Shown here: in pieces, positions 26,857 to 34,632 of the stretch | Layout of the letters: every line of letters begins with the position of its first letter | Position numbering within the stretch: position 1 is the first letter of the stretch | NCBI GenBank assembly: GCA_027065125.1 | Contig: JAMOOV010000043.1 | Coordinates: forward strand, 1-56,085 | From: Campylobacterales bacterium | GTDB taxonomy: Bacteria; Campylobacterota; Campylobacteria; Campylobacterales; JALSKU01 | Direction: 5' to 3' | DNA: 56,085 nucleotides | Made by a program: the position numbers and the translations under genes | Notes under the pieces: model-generated | Database searches by the model: none | What the model was told of the DNA's origin: nothing | Seen by the model: only the letters and a program-made list of their open reading frames with translations

Positions 26857-28173
26857 TTATTTCCTTATGATCACAAAATCAACCCTTCTGTTAAAAGATC
26901 TTCCTTTTTCAGTTTTATTGGAGGCTATAGGTCTATCTTCTCCATAACCTACTACATCAATCCTACTTCTATCTATTCCCATTTTTACCATTTCACTTTT
27001 AACTGAATTGGCTCTATTTATAGAGAGTTTATAGTTGTATTTTCTTGATGCTATACTGTCAGTATTGCCTTCTACTCTAACTCTATAAGTAGGATGTTCC
27101 TTCAAATATCTAACTATCGGTTTAAGCAACTTAATACTATCGGGTGTTAATTGATATGAATCATATGCAAAGTGTAAATTGTGGAGTGAGAGTTTTAGTC
27201 CCTTATCAAATCTATCTTTAACATTCTGATATCTATCCTTATCCCAATCAAGATACATTCTATTTAACAAGAAATATATAAGTTTCCATCTAAACAGCTC
27301 TCCATCGTACATTTTATCCTGAAATTCAAAAGGTCTTAAAAATACCACTCCGCCTTTTCCGTATCTTATAAAAGATACAAGAGGTTTTCCAGTTTTGGAT
27401 CTGAGTATATATCTGCCCTTGGGTATAAAATCAACCGTCATAAAATTTTTCGTAATTAGTTGCAGATTGTTTATATCTTGAAAATATGGTATATCACTCT
27501 TTACTCTATATTTGAGCTTCAAAGGCTCATAGTTGATAAAATCAAGCTTTTTGCTTTTATAGATATATGTTTGAACACTCTTATCGAGAAATTTTAAATT
27601 TCTACTTTTTTCCACCATTTTACTTGTAATGGCTTTAGCATCTATCTCACCGTTTTTCTTAAAAGTATCGTATCTCGTAGAATAGATACCTCCTTCAACC
27701 CAGAGAATTCCACCCTCGTCAATCCACCATTTAAGTATCTCCTGCTCTTTTGATGATAAGTTGTAAGTATAGCCTATATCTTCAAAAAGATCGTTAGAAA
27801 CTCTTTTAAATTCATTAGCCCACATAGGAAGTACATAGACAAAATCCTCGGCAAAAGGATTTGTTCTAAGTTTCCAAAAATCAACATCTTTTATATTATC
27901 AAATTTATATCTATAGTCTATCTTGCTATAAAACTGATCTGAAAACTTTCCATGAAAATCTATAATAGGTTTATATGAAACAAAAGGAAATTCTTTTAAC
28001 AGTTTTCGGCCATTGTTGACTTCAGGCCAAATATTATCTACTGTTACATCATAAATCTCGACTCTTTCCGGAGATAATATCTTCTTTTCAAAAGTGGCAT
28101 CATTTCTAATCGCACAACCCCCTAAAAACAAGATAATAAAAATAAAACTTAATATATATTTTCTCACAAGCAA
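26857..28173 (-). CDS. Lipoprotein with a C-terminal OmpA-like peptidoglycan-binding domain and an unknown N-terminal domain of about 310 aa
   Basis: Lipobox 'LGGC'. The C-terminus 'VEGNTDSIASRKYNYKLSINRANSVKSEMVKMGI...NRRVDFVI' is OmpA_C-like. Confidence 0.8.
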   Translation of the reverse strand: MLVRKYILSFIFIILFLGGCAIRNDATFEKKILSPERVEIYDVTVDNIWPEVNNGRKLLKEFPFVSYKPIIDFHGKFSDQFYSKIDYRYKFDNIKDVDFWKLRTNPFAEDFVYVLPMWANEFKRVSNDLFEDIGYTYNLSSKEQEILKWWIDEGGILWVEGGIYSTRYDTFKKNGEIDAKAITSKMVEKSRNLKFLDKSVQTYIYKSKKLDFINYEPLKLKYRVKSDIPYFQDINNLQLITKNFMTVDFIPKGRYILRSKTGKPLVSFIRYGKGGVVFLRPFEFQDKMYDGELFRWKLIYFLLNRMYLDWDKDRYQNVKDRFDKGLKLSLHNLHFAYDSYQLTPDSIKLLKPIVRYLKEHPTYRVRVEGNTDSIASRKYNYKLSINRANSVKSEMVKMGIDRSRIDVVGYGEDRPIASNKTEKGRSFNRRVDFVIIRK

Positions 28174-28180
28174 ACCTTTT

Positions 28181-29758
28181 CTAAAAAGACGAATAATAGT
28201 AAAAATCTAATTTTTTAAACATTGTAGCAGCATAATTAAAACTTAACCACCAAAATAAAACACTACCTACAAGCAGACCAAATACGGCAAATTCAAGTCC
28301 GAACATTCTACTAAAAATTACACCTATGACAATATTTACAAATGTAGCCAACGAAATCGACTTTAACGAAAAATTTTGTCTCGAAAATGAAAATATAAAC
28401 AGAACATTCATCAATCCGTTAACCAAAAAAGCATAAGATACAGCCCCAATCCAATATACAAACGGAGTATAACTATTAAAAAAGTTTTCGATATACTCAA
28501 AATTAAAAAATTTATGAATAATCCATATAGATAGGAAAACTACGATAATAATAGCAATCGAAAAAAATAGATATACAAAATTGAATTTTTTAAAGAAAGT
28601 AAAAACACTATTGTTAAATTTAAGATATTCATTATACTTAAATGAGATGATCATATCGTTTATTCGATACATAAATTCATGTATGCTTATCTCTGTAAAT
28701 CCCATAAGTAACACCAAAGATATAAGTGCCCAATCAAGCCCAAGCTCATAAGGAACATCAAACCATATAAAATATGGTTTTGCTTCTACATTGGTGCTCC
28801 AAGCTGTTATCCTGTCTGCGACAAGAAAGATAAAATACATCAATCCGTACATATAAAACGGTATCAAAGAGTAAAAAAGTATGGAAGCTCTTGGTGTTCC
28901 CTCGCCCTCGGCAATAACATTTTTTTTCAAACCTCTAACTTTTTTATAAGCGAAAAATGAGAGCACTGTGTTTAAAATAACAAGAGCGATAAATTGTGCT
29001 TCGGGAAGTTTTATTTTAAAAAGAGAGTGAACAATGTAAACAAGAATTATACCAAGTAGAAAAAAGTATAAAATTTTCATATACTCTTCAAACATATAAT
29101 AAATCGATATATTTAAAAATAAAAATGATAGTAAAAAATAAAAAGCTATCAAGATAAAAAAATAGTAAGTAGGTAAAACATCAAAAAAAAAGTTAAACAG
29201 CATCAATATAATCCCTACGGCAAAAACAAGAATAAAACCAACATTCACCAAAACTATTGTAACATTTGAAGCAAGTATGGTTTCACTCTGCTTTAGATAA
29301 AACAGACCTTTTCTTCCTATAGCTTGAGCGGAAGCTCCGGTAACTATAAGAGCTAAAAAAGTTCCGAGAGCTATAACCGTAGCTTTTGATTTATCAAGAT
29401 TGATACCTGACCATATGGCATAACCTATGGAAAGAGTAAAAAATATTTGCACGAACATAGGCATAGCAAATGCCAATCCTCTAATATAGTTTTTTACAAC
29501 TCTTTTGCCAAAAGCCGGTAACTCCTCCCACTCTACAAGCTTTTTAGATGGATACTTTTTGATATCCTTATATCTCATAAGATATTTAGCCATCTCAAAA
29601 ACATTTTTAAAACCGTAATCTTTTTGGACATCAATATCTCTAATGCCATATATCTCAAGCAAGGCGGCAATCTCCCAAAAATCCAAAGGTTTACCTTTGT
29701 TTTCGGTTATCTTTTTATAAAGTATGCTTAGATCTTGACTGTTGCCGTCTGTTGCCAC
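28181..29758 (-). CDS. 12-TM PelG-like (MOP-type) membrane protein with a cytoplasmic N-terminal extension of about 95 aa
   Basis: I count 12 hydrophobic helices. It sits directly downstream of a PelF-like gene (31-nt overlap), as pelG does. Sequence-level identity to PelG is not verified. Confidence 0.45.
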   Translation of the reverse strand: MATDGNSQDLSILYKKITENKGKPLDFWEIAALLEIYGIRDIDVQKDYGFKNVFEMAKYLMRYKDIKKYPSKKLVEWEELPAFGKRVVKNYIRGLAFAMPMFVQIFFTLSIGYAIWSGINLDKSKATVIALGTFLALIVTGASAQAIGRKGLFYLKQSETILASNVTIVLVNVGFILVFAVGIILMLFNFFFDVLPTYYFFILIAFYFLLSFLFLNISIYYMFEEYMKILYFFLLGIILVYIVHSLFKIKLPEAQFIALVILNTVLSFFAYKKVRGLKKNVIAEGEGTPRASILFYSLIPFYMYGLMYFIFLVADRITAWSTNVEAKPYFIWFDVPYELGLDWALISLVLLMGFTEISIHEFMYRINDMIISFKYNEYLKFNNSVFTFFKKFNFVYLFFSIAIIIVVFLSIWIIHKFFNFEYIENFFNSYTPFVYWIGAVSYAFLVNGLMNVLFIFSFSRQNFSLKSISLATFVNIVIGVIFSRMFGLEFAVFGLLVGSVLFWWLSFNYAATMFKKLDFYYYSSF

Positions 29759-31245
29759 TCTTCATCCTTATTTTCAATATATTCGTTATATAATTTTTTA
29801 TACATAACACTATAATTTTCCACCATATCCTCTATAGAAAAACCGTTTAATATAAACTCTCTCGCATCGCTTCCCATCTCTTGTGCAATATCGGGATTTT
29901 TTAAAATATATATAACCTTATCGGCAAATTCTTGATAATCTTTCGGTTTTATTACATACCCAAACCCCTCAAGCACCTCTTTCGTACCCCCTACATCCGA
30001 AGAGACTACAACCTTTTCACAAGCCATCGCCTCTATAACAACAAAAGGGAAAGCCTCCGAAATACTTGTAAGCATAACGACATCTCCCTCGTTGTATGCA
30101 CTCTCTGGACTATTTGTTAAGCCGGAAAATTCAAAATTGTTTTCAATACCAAGTTCTTTCACAAGGCTTTCGCATTTATGATAATACTTTTCATCTACAA
30201 TCGGACCATAGAGTTTAAATAGCACATCAGAAATCTCCTTAGAAACTATATCGGCAGTTTTTATAAAAGTTTCTATATCTTTTAAAGGATCTATTCTTGC
30301 TACCATAACGACAGTAGGTCTTTGCTCATCTTTTTGTATATTCATATTTTTAAATTTTATAGTATCTATGCCATTATAAATGGTATGTATCTTGTTTTTA
30401 TCCACTCCCCATTCTACTTCCCATCTTGAATTATAGTCACATACTGGAGCAATAATATCGGCATAATAAAAATTTAGCTTAGAAACAAGAGTAATTAGCC
30501 CCATCATAAACTCTTTGGTACGAATCGGCATCAAATTCCTTGAAGCGGCAAGATATTGCTCTCTTATGTAAACTCCATGTTCTGTTAATAAAAATTTGCT
30601 ATTGAACTTTTTTTTTGCAACTATACAAGAAAGACCACAAAAAGCTGCCGCCGAAGAGTGATATATGTGAGCTTCGGGAAGATGAGGCAAAAGAGATATA
30701 AAAAATCTATAAAGATATCTAAGTCCCTCTATCATATCAAAAACTGTAGGAAGATCCTCTTTGATATCTTTGTAGTGATTTAAAATATATCCTCTATAAA
30801 TATTCCACATCTCTTCGGATCTAAATGTTTCATAATAATCATACTTATGAAAATATTCATAAAACTCATAGATCGCATCTCCAAGAGCTTCAAGATCATT
30901 TTTTTTCCTATAAATATGGTCTAACACTAAAATCAAAATAGGTTCTAATTTTTGTATATTATTACTTACCTGGGTTTTTATCTTTGCCTCATATATAATT
31001 GAAAAATCTATCTGTCTTATATACTCGATAGGCTCTTCTGTTCCCCACAAAGGAACATTTATAATATCAACAACATTCGGAGGTATATCAAACTTTAATT
31101 TTACAAAGGGATGCATCTGTATAGGAATAAGGGTAAAATCTATATTTTTGAGTTCATGCATTAATATATCAGCCCATGTGCTAACACCTCCCGTTACATA
31201 GGGGTAGGTACCCTCACCCGTCCAAACTACCTTAATACGACTCAT
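29728..31245 (-). CDS. pelF: PelF-family GT4 glycosyltransferase (DUF3492-type N-terminus)
   Basis: 'VVWTGEGTYPYVTGGVSTW', 'LTEHGVYIRE' and 'VMLTSISEAFPFVVIEAMACEKVVVSSDVGGTKEVLEG' closely parallel P. aeruginosa PelF blocks as I recall them. Confidence 0.8.
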   Translation of the reverse strand: MSRIKVVWTGEGTYPYVTGGVSTWADILMHELKNIDFTLIPIQMHPFVKLKFDIPPNVVDIINVPLWGTEEPIEYIRQIDFSIIYEAKIKTQVSNNIQKLEPILILVLDHIYRKKNDLEALGDAIYEFYEYFHKYDYYETFRSEEMWNIYRGYILNHYKDIKEDLPTVFDMIEGLRYLYRFFISLLPHLPEAHIYHSSAAAFCGLSCIVAKKKFNSKFLLTEHGVYIREQYLAASRNLMPIRTKEFMMGLITLVSKLNFYYADIIAPVCDYNSRWEVEWGVDKNKIHTIYNGIDTIKFKNMNIQKDEQRPTVVMVARIDPLKDIETFIKTADIVSKEISDVLFKLYGPIVDEKYYHKCESLVKELGIENNFEFSGLTNSPESAYNEGDVVMLTSISEAFPFVVIEAMACEKVVVSSDVGGTKEVLEGFGYVIKPKDYQEFADKVIYILKNPDIAQEMGSDAREFILNGFSIEDMVENYSVMYKKLYNEYIENKDEEWQQTATVKI

Positions 31246-33094
31246 AAAATTTTCTCTTTCCCACTAAAATACTTAAGAGCGATAACTCTTTGATATAATT
31301 TTGTTCCATATTTATGTATTGCTTTTTATAATCAAAATACTCTTTTAAAGCATCAGAATACTCTTTGTATGTTGATATGCCACTTAAATATCTTTTTACA
31401 GTAATATCATACTTTTTATGTGACAAAAAGAGTAGTTTTTTCAAAAAGCTTTTTTGTCTATCAAGTCTCTCGACTTCATGATAAGACTTTTCCACCTTTA
31501 TCAATATATCTCTATGTTTTGCCGAGAGAACTCTCCTTTGTTTCAATATACGATACCTCTCTCTTTCTTGAGAAAGTCTAATATCATCTCTTTCGTAAAT
31601 AGGAGCTCTAAAAGTTAAGCCCAAAGACCAAAACGAGCCTTTACCGGCATTTGAAAAGGTAAAAGTATCATCTTTATTGAGTCCGTAACCTACTCTGGAT
31701 GTAAAATCTATTTTAGGATAGTATCTTCTCTCTTGAGAGATTAAGTCGGCCTCTTTGATTTTTAGTATATTGGATTCCGTTGCTATATCGCTACTGTGCT
31801 TGATAGCCTCTCTTTCCAATCTGGCAAGAGACTCTATATTTAGATTTACTTTTGCAGGATGGAGTTTAAAAGGTTTTTTGCTTTTTGATTTTATACTGTG
31901 TCTTAAAACATAGTCTCTATATCTATATCTATATGCCGAATCAAGTATAGCCCTTTGTATATTTATATAATCTCTTTGAGCATTTATGTAGTCTAAAATA
32001 GAATTTTTACCAAGCTTATATCCTTCATCAACTATCTTTTTAACGAAAAGATGTTTTTTTAGCATCTTCTTATAGTCGCTTAGCTCCTCTTGAGCGGAAT
32101 ACATATCGGTATATATAGCCGTTCCCAATACGGATAGCTTCTCTTTAGCATTTATCTCTTTGATATCCGCCAATCTTTTATATAAAATATCATATGCATT
32201 TTTAACAAGTCCATATTGCCCGTCATATAGAAGTTTATTGGCATTTAAAGATATACCGGCATCGGTATATTTTCCGTTTCCTTTTATATTGTTGCCGTTA
32301 GTGGATATACTTGATCCTGTTCTGATATATCCGTCTATATATATATCGAAATTGTATCTATCTTTCTTTATCTCGGAGAGTATATACTCTATCTTTTTTT
32401 GATAAAAAGCCTCTTTGGCACTATCGTTATAGTTAAAAAGTGCTTTTATATATCTATCAAAATTAAGTATATCATACTTTTGAGTATCGGATTGTTTATA
32501 TAGTGCGGGGATTTGGTGCTTTTTTAAAACTTCCGGTTCATTTAGTTTAACCCCATTTTCAATATTTGATACTTTTTTTGAAGCAAGAAAGATATGTTTT
32601 TTATTTTTATCCATATTGATTTCTTTGAGTTTTATCTGTTTTGCAGGACTCTCTTGAGAAATATTTTTCTGGATAAAACAGGTTGTGTCAATATTTTTAC
32701 TATTTTTTGCATCAAATGTTTTTATTGTATTGTTCTCTTTTTGACTTGTTTGTGCAAAAGGCAGAGATTTTATAGGCTGATTCTTGACGATTTCAACTTT
32801 TTGCTTGGTTGACGAGATTCTGTCTATTGAATCATCCTTGATTATAAAAGCATCTTTGTAATATCTTTTTGCAAATTTTATCGTTTTTTTAGCTTCATTA
32901 TAATTTTTGATATGGCTTATCTTAAATACATAATACTTTTTTTGTTTTTCTATGGTGCCATTTGAAAATCTATTTAAAAAATTTTTTTTATCTTTGTTGT
33001 AAACTTTTATTGTTGAAAAAAATATGATATTATATTGAGAGGCTTGCAGGGAAATAACTGTTATAAAAAATAGAACAAATTTAAAAAATTTCAT
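31232..33094 (-). CDS. Outer-membrane TolC/OEP-like protein with an N-terminal SPOR-like domain; first gene of the EPS operon
   Basis: Signal peptide. Residues about 20-90 ('YNIIFFST...YYVFKISHIKNYNEAKKTIKFAKRYYKDAFII') fit the SPOR beta-alpha-beta pattern. The C-terminal portion of about 400 aa has OEP-like coiled-coil repeats. Confidence 0.5.
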   Translation of the reverse strand: MKFFKFVLFFITVISLQASQYNIIFFSTIKVYNKDKKNFLNRFSNGTIEKQKKYYVFKISHIKNYNEAKKTIKFAKRYYKDAFIIKDDSIDRISSTKQKVEIVKNQPIKSLPFAQTSQKENNTIKTFDAKNSKNIDTTCFIQKNISQESPAKQIKLKEINMDKNKKHIFLASKKVSNIENGVKLNEPEVLKKHQIPALYKQSDTQKYDILNFDRYIKALFNYNDSAKEAFYQKKIEYILSEIKKDRYNFDIYIDGYIRTGSSISTNGNNIKGNGKYTDAGISLNANKLLYDGQYGLVKNAYDILYKRLADIKEINAKEKLSVLGTAIYTDMYSAQEELSDYKKMLKKHLFVKKIVDEGYKLGKNSILDYINAQRDYINIQRAILDSAYRYRYRDYVLRHSIKSKSKKPFKLHPAKVNLNIESLARLEREAIKHSSDIATESNILKIKEADLISQERRYYPKIDFTSRVGYGLNKDDTFTFSNAGKGSFWSLGLTFRAPIYERDDIRLSQERERYRILKQRRVLSAKHRDILIKVEKSYHEVERLDRQKSFLKKLLFLSHKKYDITVKRYLSGISTYKEYSDALKEYFDYKKQYINMEQNYIKELSLLSILVGKRKFYESY

Positions 33095-33162
33095 TTTTTT
33101 CCTAATGATTTATCTCATAGACTTATGGAAGACATTGTAGCTATCCTAACAAATACTACAGT

Positions 33163-33176
33163 AGTATAACATTATA
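33163..33176 (-). promoter_or_regulatory. Candidate -10 region(s) for the EPS operon (TATAAT, and an overlapping TGTTATACT, on the minus strand)
   Basis: Read from the reverse complement ...AAAAAATATAATGTTATACTACTG..., about 70-80 nt upstream of the ATG at 33094. Confidence 0.35.
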
Positions 33177-33273
33177 TTTTTTAAAATCTCTTTTTATATT
33201 TGTTTTATGTCGTATATTAAGTGAAATAAGATAAGTAGAAAGTAAAATGATAATAAAATATTGAATCAACAAT

Positions 33274-33303
33274 ATAAGTTAGAAATTAAAATTTCTAACT
33301 TAT
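33274..33303 (-). terminator. Intrinsic terminator hairpin after ppiB
   Basis: Perfect 13-bp stem ATAAGTTAGAAAT/ATTTCTAACTTAT with a 4-nt loop, 6 nt after the ppiB stop. The downstream tail is moderately U-rich. Confidence 0.55.
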
Positions 33304-33308
33304 ATGCT

Positions 33309-33806
33309 CTAATTTTTTATTTTTTCCAATATTTCGATAGATTTTATTTTGTCGCCTTGCTTAAGAGAATCTAAGACTTTGAAACTCTCTTCATCAGAAC
33401 TATCAATCTCTCCAAATACCGTATGAACTCCGTCAAGATGAGGTTGTGCCTCAAAGCATATAAAAAATTGGCTTCCGCCTGTGTCTTTGCCGGCATGAGC
33501 CATAGAGATAGAACCTCTTTGATGAGTGTGAGTATTTTTATCACATTCACAAGCTATACTCCATCCGGGACCACCTGTACCGGTTCCGTGAGGACATCCA
33601 CCTTGAGCAACAAATCCGGGTATAACTCTATGAAAGTTTAAATTATCGTAAAAACCATCATTTGCCAATGTTGCAAAATTTGCAACTGTATTGGGAGTTT
33701 CTTTAGGAAAAAGTTTGATAGTGATATCTCCCTTTTCCGTATGTATGATAGCATATTGAAATTTATTTAATTCGTCTTTTGAGTAGTCATAAGTCTTTAG
33801 TGACAT
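33309..33806 (-). CDS. ppiB: Peptidyl-prolyl cis-trans isomerase, cyclophilin type
   Basis: '[13 protein letters not shown]', 'GGSQFFI' and '[10 protein letters not shown]'. Confidence 0.9.
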   Translation of the reverse strand: MSLKTYDYSKDELNKFQYAIIHTEKGDITIKLFPKETPNTVANFATLANDGFYDNLNFHRVIPGFVAQGGCPHGTGTGGPGWSIACECDKNTHTHQRGSISMAHAGKDTGGSQFFICFEAQPHLDGVHTVFGEIDSSDEESFKVLDSLKQGDKIKSIEILEKIKN

Positions 33807-33833
33807 TTATTTCCTTTATTGTGATATAAAAAG

Positions 33834-33910
33834 TGGTCGGAACGACTGGATTTGAACCAGCGACCTCACCCACCCCAAGGGTGTGCGCTACCAGGCTGCG
33901 CTACGCTCCG
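33834..33910 (-). tRNA. tRNA-Pro (anticodon GGG)
   Basis: Hand-folded cloverleaf: acceptor CGGAGCG/CGTTCCG, anticodon stem CACCC/GGGTG, loop UUGGGGU, T-loop TTCAAAT, encoded CCA. Confidence 0.9.
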
Positions 33911-34632
33911 TATTTAATCTTACTTAGATATAGCCCCTGCGGAGGAGCTAAAGAGGTTGAAAATACTTTTTTCTTTTGAAGTTGTAATTTTAACTCATTT
34001 TTGCTTAATTTTTCCTCTGATATTTTAAATAAAAAATCAACCATCATTCTGATTTGAGATCTTAAAAATCCGCTACCTTCAAAATAGAATATAAAAAACT
34101 CTTTATAGCGGTAAAAGTTGGTTTTATATATCTCTCTTGTATAATTTTTCGTATCACTCCCATTTTTTTTAAAATATTCAAAATCATATATACCCTCAAA
34201 CTCTTTTATGGCCTCTTTGATTAAAAAAGGATTTATTTTTTCTACATAAGTAACATAAGGAGTTAAAAAGACGGTGGGGGTTGAAGATGAGATGATATAT
34301 CTATAAACTCTTTTTTTTGCATCAAATCTCGCATGAAAAGAGTCATGAATTTTTTCAATTTTTTTTATATATATATGCGGTAGTAAAGATTGGTTTAGTA
34401 TGTTTTTTAATTTTTTTAAGTCTGTCCAAAAAGAGGGTAAATCTATATGTAAAATTTGATTGGTGGCATGAACTCCCTTGTCGGTTCTACCACTAGCAAT
34501 AAAGTTATTTACAATACCAACTGACTTTAAAGAGTTTTTTATTTGCCCAGAAACAGTATTTTTCATCTCTTTTTGTATTTGAAAACCGGCAAATCTACTG
34601 CCATCATAGCTAAGGGTTATTTTAACTCTCAT
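33901..34632 (-). CDS. truA: tRNA pseudouridine(38-40) synthase TruA
   Basis: 'ITLSYDGSRFAGFQIQ' and 'ASGRTDKGVHA' (catalytic Asp). The last 10 nt overlap tRNA-Pro. Confidence 0.9.
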   Translation of the reverse strand: MRVKITLSYDGSRFAGFQIQKEMKNTVSGQIKNSLKSVGIVNNFIASGRTDKGVHATNQILHIDLPSFWTDLKKLKNILNQSLLPHIYIKKIEKIHDSFHARFDAKKRVYRYIISSSTPTVFLTPYVTYVEKINPFLIKEAIKEFEGIYDFEYFKKNGSDTKNYTREIYKTNFYRYKEFFIFYFEGSGFLRSQIRMMVDFLFKISEEKLSKNELKLQLQKKKVFSTSLAPPQGLYLSKIKYGA

